Assembly: GCF_009914755.1 (NCBI RefSeq)
Contig: NC_060934.1
Strand: one strand, 5' to 3'
From: the human T2T-CHM13v2.0 reference genome, Homo sapiens
Length of the DNA stretch: 64,000 nt
A program made the translations under genes and the position numbers. Every line of letters begins with the position of its first letter. Position 1 is the stretch's first letter. The notes under the pieces are model-generated. The model saw only the letters and a program-made list of their open reading frames with translations, was not told the DNA's origin and ran no database searches. Shown one piece after another: positions 1 through 15,498 of this stretch.

Positions 1-2072
1 CAGGACAGTTCTTCGAGATAATGCAATACCAACAATATTTGATCTTACCAGTCATTTGAACAACACACAGAGTAGACACAGAAAACGAATAAAAGAACTG
101 AGTGAAGATGAAATCAGGACACTGAAACAGAAAAAAAGTTGATGAAACTTCTGAACAGGAACAAAAACATAAAGAAACCAACAATAGCAATGCTCAGAAC
201 CCCAGTGAAGAAGGGGGTGAAGGACAAGATGAGGACATCTTACCTCTAACCCTTGAAGAGAAGGAAAACAAAGAATAACTAAAATCTCCATTTGAAATCT
301 TGATTCTGATGGGAAAGCAAAACATACCTCTGGATGGATATGAGGCTGATGAAATCCCAGAAGATCTCTTTACTCCAGATAACTTTCAAGCACTGCTGGA
401 GTGTCGGCCCGGATAAATTCTGGTGAGGAGGTTCTCAGAAAGCAGTTTGAGACAACAGCAGTTAACACGTTGTTTTGTTCAAAAACACAGCAAAAACAGG
501 TTCTAGAGATCTGTGAGAGCTGTATTCGAGAATAAACTCTCAGGGAAGTGAGAGACTCACACTTCTTTTCCATTATCACTGACAATGTAGTGGACATAGC
601 AGGGGAAGAGCACCTACCTGTGTTGGTGAGGTTTGTTGATGAATCTCATAACCTGAGAGAGGAATTTGTAGGCTTCCTGCCTTATGAAGCTGATGCAGAA
701 ATTTTGGCTGTGAAATTTCACACTGTGATCACTGAGAAGTGGGGATTAAATATGGAGTATTGTCGTGGCCAGGCTTACATTGTGTCTAGTGGATTCTCTT
801 CAAAAATGAAAGTTGTTGCTTCTAGACTTTTAGAGAAATATCCCCAAGCTATTTACATGCTCTACTCTTCCTGTGCCATAAACATGTGGTTGGCAAAATC
901 AGTACCTGTTACGGGAGTATCTGTTGCATTAGGAACAATTGAGGAAGTTTGTTCTTTTTTCTATCGATCACCACAACTGCTTTTAGAACTTGACAATGTA
1001 ATTTCTGTCCTTTTTCAGAACAGTAAAGAAAGGGGTAAAGAACTGAAGGAAATCTGCCATTCTCAGTGAACAGGCAGGCATGATGCTTTTGAATTCCAGC
1101 AAGCACTTGTTTTATGTTTAGAGAGTACAGTGACACAAATATTAGATGGAATAACTGTATAGCTGGCCGCGCCTTTGTACTCTGCAGTGCAGTAACAGAT
1201 TTTGATTTCATTGTTACTACTGTTGTTCTTAAAAATGTCCTTTTACAAGAGCCTTTGGGAAAAATCTCCAGGGTCAAATCTGATGTCTTCTTTGCAGCCG
1301 GTAGCTTGACTGCAGTACTGCATTCACTCAACGAAGTGATGGAAAATATTGAAGTTTATCATGAATTTTGGTTTGAGGAAGCCACAAATTTGGCAACCAA
1401 ACTTGATCTTCAAATGAAACTCCCTGGGAAATTCCGCAGTGCTCACCAGGGTAACTTGGAATCTCAGCTAACCTCTGAGAGTTACTATAAAGAAACCCTA
1501 AGTGTCCCAACAGCGGAGCACATTATTCAGGAACTTAAAGATATATTCTCAGAACAGCACCTCAAAGCTCTTAAATGCTTATCTCTGGTACCCGCAGTCA
1601 TGGGACAACTAAAATTTAATACCTAGGAGGAACATCATGCTGACATGTTGTAGAAGTGGCTTACCTAATCCCAACATGCTCTCAGCCGAGCTTCATTGTT
1701 GGAGAATCAAATGGAAACGCAGGGGGAAAGATACAGAGCTTCCATCCACCATCTGTGAAGCCCTCCATCTGCCTGACATCAAGTTTTTTCCTAATGTGTA
1801 TGCATTTGCTGAAGGTCCTGTGTATTCTTCCTGTGATGAAGGTTGAGAATGAGTGGTATGAAAATGGATGAAAGCATCTTAAAGCATATTTGAAGTACAC
1901 TTTGACAGACCAAAGATCAAGTAACTTGGCTTTGCTTAACATAAATTTTGATATAAAACATGACCTGGATTTAATGGTGGACACATATATTAAACTCTAT
2001 ACAAGTAAGTCAGAGCTTCCCACAGATAATTGGGAAACCATGGAAAATACCTAAGAGACTTTTAAAAACAGG

Positions 2073-2126
<54 letters not shown>

Positions 2127-3241
2127 AGACGGAGTGCAGTGGCGCGATCTTGGCTCACTGCAAGCTCTGCCTCCCAGGTTCCCACTATTCTCCTGCCTTA
2201 GTCTCCCTAGTAGCTGGGACTAAAGGCACCAGCCACCATGCCTGGCTAATTTTTTGTATTTTTAATGGACACGGGGTTTCACCGTGTGAGACAGGATGGT
2301 CTCAATCTCCTGACCCCGTGATCTGCCTGCCTTGGCCTCCCAAAAAAATAGGCTTTCTTATATTTGATATTTGGAAGTAAAGCAATAAGGTGTATATAGG
2401 CCACTTAATCACTAAATATCTTTGCCTATAGGACTCCATTGAATACATTAGCCATTGATAATCTACCTGTTTAAATAGCCCCTGTTTGAACTCTCATGTT
2501 TTGAGGACCTATCTGTTCTTCCAGAAGAGAACATTGAAAGTGCCATGTTTCCTTCTGCATGTTCTCTGCTGGTGGCACTCTGGAATTGTTTTAGTTAAGT
2601 CATTTTAGACATAGCATTTATTATCACTGTGGATCTCTACTCATTGGGTGTGAATGAATTCTTTGAAGAAATATATTTTGAAGAGGTATGGGAGGAAGGA
2701 ATACATTTTATAAAATGTTATAGTGAAGCCCACAATTGACCTTTGACTAGTAGGAGTTTTAAGTATGTTAAAAATCTATACTGGACAGTTACAAGAAATT
2801 ACCAGAGAAAGAAAAGCTAGTGAGCTCACCAAACAAGGATTTCAATGTAGATTTTGTCTTTCTCAAATGAACTTAAGGGAACAAATGACAGTTAAAGTTT
2901 GAATTGAAGTCTGCCATTGTTCCACATCTGGTTGTTTCTGTTTACATTCCTCTGTGGAGCCTACAGCTTCCTAAGCTTCTTAGCAGGTATATGTTGAACA
3001 CTTCTGTTTCATGGATAAGACAGAATCAGAGGCCATGGATACTGACAACTCATTTATCTGTTTTTTTCTGTCTTTTTCCATGACTTGTCTTCATTTATAA
3101 GCAAAACCTGGAAAACCTACAAAAATAAGTGTTGTGGTTTATCTAGAAAAATATGGAAAATATTGCTGTTATTTTTGGTGAAGAAAGTCAATTTTGTATC
3201 ATTTATTTCAATCTAAATAGAATGTGAATTTTGTTTAAAAA
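1..3241 (+). pseudogene. THAP12: Processed pseudogene of THAP12/PRKRIR (5' end lies outside the window); CDS remnant 1-2054, 3'UTR to ~3241
   Basis: Translation gives RTVLRDNAIPTIFDL (AVPTIF box ending the THAP domain), RDSHFFSIITDNVVDIAGEEHLPVLVRFVDE, and the C-terminus ...DLMVDTYIKLYTSKSELPTDN..ENT* (TAA 2052-2054). No introns. Premature stops at 276-278 (TAA), 1067-1069 (TGA), 1624-1626 (TAG) and 1869-1871 (TGA), plus frameshifts. Degenerate polyA signal AATAGA at 3216-3221. The symbol names the parent gene; the THAP12P number cannot be assigned. Confidence 0.95.
2074..2344 (-). mobile_element. AluY-like SINE, 5'-truncated, inside the pseudogene 3'UTR
   Basis: 52-nt poly-T (2074-2125); AluY-type diagnostics (caagctc; ggatggtctcaatctcctgacc); TSD aaaaa[c/t]aggcttt at 2064 and 2344. 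Confidence 0.92.
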
Positions 3242-3349
3242 TTTGTCTTTTTCTTTGAAAAGATTTAAATTTGTACAAATGCAGACTTTTTTCTCTTCAT
3301 GCCATCCTCTTATTCCCTTACTATGTATATTAAAAGTGCCTTCTAGTTT

Positions 3350-4720
3350 TTTTATCTATATTTAAGTAACTTCATACTTAAAAGTTACAAAAATTCTGAG
3401 AGCAAATTGTAAATGTGATGCCCCAGGACATCTAAAATTTCAGTGTGTATTTCACCAAATCAAGGACACTCTCCATCATAGGACAAGAAATCAACACTGG
3501 TACAATACCACTATCCAATGTATAGGCCTCATTCAAGTTTTGCCAACTTTACCTACAATATTTCTTCTCTGCTTTGGCACATGATTCAGTTCAGGAATAC
3601 ACAATGCACTTGTCACAGCCCTTTGGTGACATTCCATCTGAAACCATGTCTGTCTTTCTCTGTTTTTCATTACCCTGACAGTTTTAAAAGAGTACAGGTC
3701 TTTCATTCTTTAGGATGTCTTCAGTGTGGTCCATGGAATATTTCTTTATCACTGGACTTGAGCTGTCCTTTCTTGGAAGGAACACCTCAGAAATAATTTC
3801 TGCTCTTCTTAGAGGATCACATGAGGAGGTACACAATGCTAACACTTTACAACCTTCACACGTCAAGGTTAATAAGTGATGTTAACTTTGTTTTTTCACC
3901 AAAAATATACCATTCAATTCCTTCATAATTTATAAGTATTTTGTAGGGAGATACTCTGAAATTACAGCAGTGTCTAGTGTCACATCAAAATCTACCCACC
4001 AGCCTTAGCATCCATTGATGATACCTGCCTGAATTAGCCACAACAATGATGGGTGTAAAATGGTGATTTTCTATTTCTATCATTTCTTCTCCATTAATTA
4101 CTTGGCATTCTACCATAAGAAAGATTTTTCTCTCCTATATGTTTTTTAATTTATTTATATAAATATGAACTCCTGAATCAATTTTTTAATGTGTGGTAAT
4201 ATATTACCATCATTATTTATTTTGATGTTCAAATAGTCTCAGATATGGTCACTGGAATCTCCAGGCTAACTCCTGGATCCTTTTGACATTTAATTCTTTG
4301 CACATTTAACAAATTTCTGGCACAAGATATTCCTGGCTCATTTTGTATTTTCCCTGCTTCACCTTTGGGACCAGTCGTTTCACTAAGGTATTTAGAAATC
4401 AAGATCTGGGCAAAAGGCGGACTCATTTTTGCTGAGTTGTCCTGGCATTTAACCTTCTTAGTGGATAGAGCAATCTTTAAATGCAAATATGTACACATGC
4501 ACACACACACACATAAATGCACACATTCTTGTCTATTTATATGTCATATGTATTTTAAAAATCATGAGTTCACCTGCATACCTTCATTTCCAAGGCAAAA
4601 CCTCGGGATACTTTCTAGGCTTTCCCCCTTCAATTTTATAAACCCTTTTTCAGACAGCAAGAAAGCTGGTTTCTCTATATGGTGGTTTATTTGTTCAATC
4701 CCCATCTGTAGCCAATCCCC
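3350..4720 (-). mobile_element. Old L1M (L1MC4-like) 3' fragment
   Basis: Resembles an antisense L1MC 3'UTR (aaaagttacaaaaatt...caaggacactctcc...aaatcaacactggtacaatac...ttcaagttttgccaac); boundaries approximate. Confidence 0.6.
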
Positions 4721-5091
4721 TTAATCTGCTGGTCACTTCTTCTCCTTGGTCCCTTTTGTTGAACTCTGTGCCTTCATGGTTCCTCTCTTGATACCTTTGT
4801 CACCCTGCAGCCACCATAGTTCTGTGACTTTTTAATGGATATTGTTTGAGCTATATAATTTAGAAATGAAGTGTTTGAAAATCACTATAGATTCCCAAAG
4901 AACAACAAGGTCATATTGGTTTGGTCACTGCCTAAATGCCAAAAAAAAAAAAGGTGTTTGTTGATATTATTTTAAAGGTCACCAACTTTAACAGTCTTGT
5001 TAGCAGACTTACTCTTACGAGCCAGAAAATCTTTTATCTTACTAATCAAATATTCTAATCGCAATGTAAGCTCCATTCCTCTATTTTGACG

Positions 5092-5140
5092 CTCTCTCTC
5101 TCTCTCTCTCACACACACACATACACACACACATACATAT
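5092..5140. repeat. (CT)n(AC)n compound microsatellite
   Basis: ctctctctc...acacacac seen directly. Confidence 0.95.
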
Positions 5141-6009
5141 AAATGAGCTCATCTCCTGCTATCATCTTTTAGAAAATATTTAATGATCCAAATCACCCTT
5201 TGACTTTCCTCCTTTATTTTAAATGAATACTAATTTCTATAATATTTCCTCATAGAAGGCATTTTATAACACTCAAATTATTTTGAGGTCTGTAAGAGCA
5301 AGAAGAAATTATTTAACCCAAACTACCAATTAATTGATTAACTAGTTAATTAAATATATATAAAGCATCAATTCCAGACACTCTGGCTAGTTGCTGGAAA
5401 AACAGTGAGAAACAATACAGAAAAGGATTCTGAGTTCTGAAAATTTGATCCTATATATAATAAAAGTTAGTGTCATACTGACCCTGAATTTCTCAATTCA
5501 CTCAATTCCTCCATCTATCCACCATACTATTTTTTTGTGCTTTGTTTGGACTCTCTCTGATTTCTTACTCGGAGATTATAAACTAGTAGCCTCGTGGCCA
5601 AATCTGGACAGAGTTCACCTATACAGGTTCAAAATCGCTTTTCTAATCAGTTATTAAAATTTGGAGATTTTACATAAAACTTGGGATGCAAACTTCTTTT
5701 GAAAAATCTAGTCAAACAACACTAGTTCTACATCCCTACATGGCAAAAACTAGCTGAAATCAATAGCTTCTGATCCCCTTTAGGTTGTGGAGTCTTTGTT
5801 TAACTACCGACTCCATCACTACATATAGCGTCATACCCAATCTGCTTTTTTTCTCTTGCTTAGATTTCTTTTTATTGTTTTTAAAATTGAGAGATAAAAT
5901 TATATGTATTTATTATGATTGTTAATCTACTTCCCCCCTGCCTGGTCTTTTAATGCTTGGTTTGCAATTTCTGCTTTATATTCTCATATTATAGTACACA
6001 AAAACTTAA

Positions 6010-6369
<360 letters not shown>

Positions 6370-9143
6370 TAATGTGTAATAATATTTTAAGATTGAATCC
6401 TCCATAGTATCTAATACAGTGATGGCAAAAATTGGATGGTGATACTCGTTTCAGGAAATTAAAATATTAGCAAGTAAGTCTGATTCATAATTAGTTCTGG
6501 TCCCTAAGAATTCCACATTTTGACTTATGTGTAATACATGTTTTGCTCCCATGTTTTCATATGATTTGATTTTGCTACACAAATTGTATAATACTTAATG
6601 CATTTTGATTCCATGCTTGTTTTTAGTGAGTTAACAAAAGCCCTCTTCACAGTCATATTTTCTACAGGCAATCCATTTTCCCTTCATGTTATAATATTTT
6701 GTACTTCAAGTGAGGTTCTGTGCTCAGACAAGCCTAGGTAGAGTGTACTTTAGCATACTCCAAAATGGTCTTTATCTTTACCTTTGCTGAGCATTGACTA
6801 TACCTGTTAGCAGTCACTATATTTTTTTGGCAAGGGTTTGTGTCTGACATTCAGTTTACTAGATGAATAAGTTTAAAAAATAGCTTTCAGAGAATCTGTA
6901 GGATAATAATTTTAGATTAATGGTGGGAGAATTTCTCAGATATTTTGCTACTTGGATTTGTGTGTGAGTGGGCATAACACTCTGTAAATTCACTTCAAAT
7001 AAAATAAAAATAAGGAGCCCACTCTTGTGGAACTGAATATAGAGCCCCTTTCCACATTACCCAACTTTTTCCATACAAAAGGAGTTTTGGTAGATGATGT
7101 CGTTTCTTAGACTGATAAAAATTGTTAGTACAGTTGAGTGACTGTATCACTATCTCTTTCAATCTGAATTGCATTATTCCTGGGCTCAAGCAATTATCAC
7201 TTAGCCTTTTCCTTTAGTGGCATCTTAGGTTTAGTCCAGGTAGTTTTGGAGTTTGGATGACTAGGTAGAAATAGTGCATTTTGGTCTTGAAAATATGAGT
7301 AGTATTAAGTAAATACATGTGAAAATTTCACAAAAGTTAAAAATAAAATTTGTTCACTAATGTGAATATTTTCTACAACTTACAGGTTCTAAAATAGCTC
7401 TCATAAAAACACGTAGTTTTCCACTGAGGCACATTCTTTTCCCTGTAATATACTTACATTAACAAAGTAATATCTGCATTTTCCTCCCTTCTGTTTCTTT
7501 GTCTCTTTTCTGGGAATATTCAGAAAGTAACATTAACTTAGTATTCTTTCCATCCCTCTCAAGAAAATGTGACTTTTCAAACGACAATAACGTGGAAATA
7601 GGGACATTCCGAGTTTGAAATTTAGCATTTCACCTAGTTTTTCTTCATGAGGTTTTATCTGAACTTAAGAAATAAAAAATTAAATTAAAATTATAAAACA
7701 ATTACAAATATATCTGTTTACCTATGAGAGATGTCTGGTTATTTGGGTATGAATAATGCCAATGAAGAAAAAAAAGAAAAAAAATTGTTCATTAGCAATC
7801 TTAATTAAAAGAGAATTATAACAACTGTCACATGTTTTAAACAATATGGAAATTCCCTTCTGCCAAAATATACTTGGCTTCTAAAAGTGGGGAATGCCTG
7901 CATATTTGTTTAAATATTTAAATTACCTTTGGGCTTTGTCTTATGATAAAATGATATTGTCTATTCATTGTTTTTCCTCTATCTGTTGGTTTCTTCTCTT
8001 TCCAAACCCAAAGGGCATGTCTGTAAGGGTCTTGCCTGTTGCTTGAATGAAGAACATATTTGTAATAAAAGGTTCTTTGTTAGAGGGTGGGGCCATTTCA
8101 CAATAAAGGCATTGATATTAAAATGGTAAAATTTGTGAGCTTTTTTATGAATAGAGACTTCCAATGATTTTTCAAATGTCTATATAAATGCACTATGAAA
8201 TTTGACCAGAATAGTCTTGGTTAAAAAAAAAAAAAAACAAAAAGGATAACATTGGCTGAATTACCTTTGAATGTTTCCAATTTAGAGGCCTTCCCTCCCT
8301 TGAAATATTCCTTTCATTTATGCCTTCCTGTAAAGGCCAACTATTTTTGAGCTCTGTCACCAGAATTTTATACTCTAGGGCCTGTTTTGTTAGGGAATCC
8401 TGAGGGCTGCCTGCTATCTCAGCTTTATGATTCTATCCCATTATATACCACATTTTATCTCTTCGGAGTCAGGTTTTTTGTCTGTTAAATAGTTTACATA
8501 TCTCCACCCATCTTTATTTTGCAAATTCCTAAAAATAAGATAAACAACAGGTAAACAAACCATACTAATATACTAAAAAGAAAGGACTATTTTTCCTATT
8601 TCACAAGCAGATGAAATATATATTATATAATGAATATATGTATATCGAAAGTCTGTTTAGCCGTCTATCTCTATGTTTGTATATTTGCATTTTACATGAT
8701 GTTTTGGTGACCATACCTTTTCCTTGCTTATTTTATTTTCATAAAGAAATTGTTTTTTCTTGATATTGCAATTTACAAATCAACATTCTTATAGATATAC
8801 ATTTACCAATACCATTTAAACCAGTTTTTTTTTTTTTTTGCAAGATTTATCTCATGCTCTCTGGTTAAATTAAATAATTTTATAGCTGATGTAAATTATT
8901 AAAAGTCATGCTGCTTTGTAGTTATAATTCATAAGAATTGAAGGCAATATTATTCCATAATCCCTTTCTCAAAAAGAATTGTCTATTTTTTCTTTTGCAT
9001 TATGTTAATATTGAGGTTTCAAGATTCTTTTTGCAGTTGTGATCTAAATAACCCAGAGGCTCTGCAAAGATTTTTACTGGTTTTCCACTGTCCTGGATTT
9101 TAATTGGCATCCATGACCAATGTAGAACTCAGCGATGACTGGT

Positions 9144-9830
9144 TGAAGCTGCCTTTGCAAAATTATGACAGTGAAAGAGTGAGCTAACCAATTTCATCTT
9201 GCCTTTAACCTCCAAACTGCCTTTGGTCATTCCTGGGAGTGGGCCAAGATAACTTTGGGAGTGATTTATGGTTCAAATGATAATAGCCCTTCCCAAAATT
9301 AAGCCACTTTTATAAAACTAATAAAAGACCTGAATTCTGTTAAAAAATAGGTGTAAACAGTCACCAGCCATTGTTCTGGAGGCCACAAGATGTGTAACTT
9401 CCTCAATTACTCCTGTAAATGACATCACTGTTGTAGAACCTCAGCTTGGCCTTTTGAGATATCTTTTCAGACTTTTTCATTTCTGATAATGGGTTGACTC
9501 TGGGTCACCCAGATCCGTGACTCATGACAACCGGCCCTGTGGCTCCCACGCAGAAGTGGACTTAGTGCACAAGGACCATTTTCCACATTCCTTGGATTGT
9601 ATCTCCAACGAATTAGCAGCAACCATTCCCTAGCCCACTGCCTGCCAAACTATCTTTAAAATATTGTAGCCTCTAAATTTTGGGGAAGGCTAATTTGAGT
9701 AATAATAAAACTCCATCTTCCATTTAGCTGGCTCTATATGTATTAAACTCCTTCTCCATTATAATCCCCCTGTCTTGATAAATGGACTCTATTTGGACAG
9801 TGGGCAAGATGAACCCATTGGGCAGTTATA
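9144..9830 (+). mobile_element. Solo LTR, LTR8/LTR8A-like (ERV1)
   Basis: Starts tgaagctgcctttgcaaaattatgac, ends gaacccattgggcagttata; flanked by tggt/tggc (4-bp TSD with 1 mismatch). Confidence 0.82.
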
Positions 9831-9874
9831 TGGCAGGGGAAAAAGTCACAAAATGTGATTTTAAGAGTCATCTT

Positions 9875-10182
<308 letters not shown>

Positions 10183-10509
10183 GAATCGTCTTAAACTTTA
10201 GCTTGAAACCTGAGCAACCCAGTGGAGAGCATTAGCCCTCTTGCTTGGTCCTTAAATGTGTGTGGGACCTTCTGCCTTTGTCCTGGCTGTTCTTCCTCAA
10301 ATCTAATTTTCTCACATTTTTTAGTCTTTACCCAAATGTAATAGTTTCAGTGTAGCCTTCCCTTGGACAATTGACTAACACTACATTTTACAGGCTAGAA
10401 TAAATGTTTGTTTTAAATGTACTATTTTGTTTAAATATTGGCCTAGTTAACATTCCCTGTGTAAATACAAACTATTTTTTCAGATAAAAAAATAGACAAT
10501 ATGTTTAAA

Positions 10510-10690
10510 ATTACATCTTATCACCATCTAACATATATTTTTATTGATTGATCACATTTGTTTTCTGTTTCTCCCACTTGAATGTAGGCATCACAAGATC
10601 AAGGATTATTTATGTTTTGTTTCTGGTTCTCTAAGGTCAAGAGCAGAACCTAGTACCTCATAAACACTCAAAAATACATGTTAAATGAAT
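10510..10690 (+). mobile_element. L2 3' end fragment
   Basis: ctcccacttgaatgtag...agaacctagtac...cactcaaaaatacatgttaaatgaat, typical of the L2 tail. Confidence 0.65.
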
Positions 10691-12099
10691 GCTTCTTGCA
10701 CTTCATAGCCTTAGATCAGCACCAAAAAGTACATTTGACAAAAAAACACTAGACCAGCTATTAGTGTGATTCAGGAGATATGCCTTCCTTTTCTAGGAGA
10801 AGCCCCTATTCTATCAGCAGTCTCCAATCATAGGTTCCCAATGGTGGTCAAGAGGTTGGTCACTTGGTATTTCAAAAACCTGAAAGAAATTGTACACCCA
10901 GACAAAGACGAAGTCTTTTCTTCTCTCACTGATTGGTATGGGGGTAGGGGACTGGTAAAGGTATGAGTTTGGGGTGGTGCAAAAAAATGTTTCATCAAAT
11001 ATTAATATCTTTGATTAATTAAAAATGGGAAAATAAATTATATAATAGTTCATTTGGCTTGAGACCACATCTCTCAAACATTTGTTCATAGTAAAGTATT
11101 ATAAAACAGCTTTTAGTGGTAAAAATATGAGGACTCTCATTTTATCTGTTCAATTTAGAATGTGTTAAGTATGTAATGTGATCTTTGTATAATATTGAAG
11201 TGCTATGGAGGCATAATTTAGTGACTGGTCCTAAACTTCAAATGGTTATAATCTACATAGAATAATAGAGGACATAAAATGATAAAATATAAGAAATACA
11301 AATAATAAATTATACTTTTACTTATTTCTTATTGTATAAATATATGTATAAAATGCATAGATATGTATAAATACATAAATTATGTCTATAAATTATAGAT
11401 AATGAAATGCTTCTCTAAAATGTGATATTAAATAAAATGATGCACAGTGAACAGAGGAGTTGATGAAAAAGTGTTTGATTGAATTTGTTTCTATCTTTAT
11501 AGAATTCACTGGCCAAACAATTTGAAGAAAATTGGAATATAAGGTAATCTGTCGTCAGCTGATTCAGGAATAGACTCAGATGTGTATTTTTTGAAGATTC
11601 AGATGTGTATTTATGACGATGACTCCTTATACTCTGTGCAGAGTTCATTCTGGTGATTCCCACTTTCTAGCTACTTCAGTTCTGATAAATGGAAGACCAT
11701 CGTATAAGTGGAGGACTCATGTTACAGGTAAGCTCCCTTTTTCTAAATCAGCAACAAATAAGTATCCTCATGATAAGATCTCCAACAATCAGGCATCCTG
11801 CCAATTTACTACTTAGATAATTACATTTTGTCAATCTAAATCCCCTATGTAATTGTATCAGGATAAAGTCTTAATTTTCTATCCATTAATGTTCTTTCAT
11901 TTTATCTTAGAAGTGTTTGCATTTTTGTAATTCAGAAAATAATTGTAAGGAATGATTCTGATCATCTGGTATGATCCTGAGAAATGTAAAACTTGTGCAG
12001 AAGAATCTCTGTTCTTCTCTGGCCTTCTAGCATCCATATCTCCTTATTCTGAAACTAGCACAACAGTCTGTGCTATCAGTCTGTGAGACTTTGGGGTGG

Positions 12100-12950
<851 letters not shown>

Positions 12951-13437
12951 TGATTTACCTGCCAACAGTGATCTGGGTACAGTGTCACTACAGTTGCACC
13001 CCGCTGTGTTTATGTGTAGAAATGATGAAACAGATCTGTATGATCCATCTATGGGCTCCCAACTGGGCTCTTGATTGACCTGGCATAGCCTGAAGAAGAA
13101 CAGATCAGGAAGACGTTTTTTAGTGTTATTGCTAGTAAATTTTGCTAGAATGAGTCAGGGACACTCTGAAGTAGGTTACAACACTTTATAACAGTGGGTT
13201 TTAATGTTTTCAAATAATTTATGACCAATTTGAGAATCCAACCAAAGCTATGGTGGCCAAATGCTTATATACAAATCCTATTAAAATTTTCCATACATTT
13301 TCAAGTTTTCCAAACACCCCCCGAAACCTCATGGTGTTTCTAAGTTATTTTGTGCCATCTAAACTTTTATTTATTGTCCTGGTCTAGAACTCTTTCCACA
13401 ATTTACCTAATGTCTGAATACTGAAAAAATAAAACAA

Positions 13438-14125
13438 ATAAACTGCCCAAGGGATTCACCTTGCCTGTTGCCTAGACAGAGCCTATTGATCAAGACAGGG
13501 GAATTACAATAGAGAAAAAGTAATTCACGCAGAGCCAGCTATATGGGAGACCGGAGTTTTATTATCACTCAAATCAGTCTCTCCCAGCATTCGTGGAGCA
13601 GAGTTTTTAAGGATTACTTGGTAGGTTGGGGGAAGCCAGTGAGCCAGGAGTGCTGATGGGTCAGAGATGAAATCATAGGGAGTCGGAGCTGTCTTCTTGC
13701 CCTCAGTCAGTTCCTGGGTGGGGACCACAAGATCAGATGAGCCAGTTTGTTGATCTGGGTGGTGCCAGCTGATCTCTTAAGTACAGGGTCTGCAAAATAT
13801 CTCCAGCACTGATCTTAGGAGCAGTTTAGAAGGGTCAGAATCTTGTAGCCTCCAGCTGCATGACTCCTAAACCATAATTTCTAAGGTTAATGTTAGTCCT
13901 ACAAAGGCAATCTAGTCCTCAGGCAAGAAGGAGGTCTGCTTTGGGAAAGGGCTGTTACCATCTTTGTTTAAACTATAAACTATAAACTAAGTTTCTCCCA
14001 AAGCTAGTTCACCCATGTAGGAATGAACAGGTACAGCTTAGGGGTTATAGGTTAGAAGCAAGATGGAGTCAGTTAAGTTAGATCTCTTTCACTGTCTTAG
14101 TCATCATTTTGCAAAGGTGGTTTCA
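13438..14125 (-). mobile_element. Solo LTR8 (ERV1)
   Basis: Reverse complement begins tgaaaccacctttgcaaaatgatgactaagacagtgaaagagatctaacttaactgactcc and ends ggtgaatcccttgggcagtt; ~690 bp. Confidence 0.88.
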
Positions 14126-14270
14126 TATACACACACAAGAAACCCCCAAAAAACAAAAACAAACTTTCCTGTATATGTCCTTATCCCTTCTCTTTCATTG
14201 CCCTTCATACTGAAGTCGTCCTTCAGTTTAGGTGCCTTCCGTGCAGTCTACACTACTTCCTGTCTCTTGT

Positions 14271-14880
<610 letters not shown>

Positions 14881-15498
14881 TCAATGCTGCTCTCTGTTCA
14901 AGTCCAACCTGACTCTTTCGTTCTATCACTCTGTTTTGAGTTTCTCGCCCATGTGTTGCCAGCCTCACTACGGAAGGCTGTGCACACTCTACAGTTAAGA
15001 CACTTGTTCTTGACTTATGCCATACTGTGGAAAAGACTATTTATGTCCTACAAAAAAACTTTGTTGTTTTAGATCAGAGAATACTGCTTTCCTGGGAGTG
15101 TCAAGGAGAAAAGCACGCCCATGACAAATGAAATAAACGTTCCTGTTATAATGTTTTCTGTATTTCTACTTTAATTTGACTGCAAATACAGCAAAATAGC
15201 CAGACTTTAAAGATTGTCAGAGACTAGCGGGGATTCCTGTTCATCAGTTTTTTTTTAAAGCTATTTTCTGCCCACATAATATGGGTCAAAAAATGTACAT
15301 ATTTGCCAAATTACTGGCCAATGCTTTAAAAGAATTATTGCCAAGTTATAGAATTTTTAAGTTCAAAAACATGTAAAAGATCAGCATTTCAACACTATTT
15401 ACTTAGCTTTTTCTAACAGGCCATGATTTATTGTTTTGTAGTAAGCAACTGGATATTTGAGTATTAAAAATATTCTATTACTGTAAGATGAAAGACGG

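Noticed and set aside
548-1871. ORFs resembling a hAT transposase (active DNA transposon or functional gene)
   Set aside because: They are consecutive fragments of the THAP12 CDS broken by stops and frameshifts, followed by an mRNA 3'UTR; no TIR is seen
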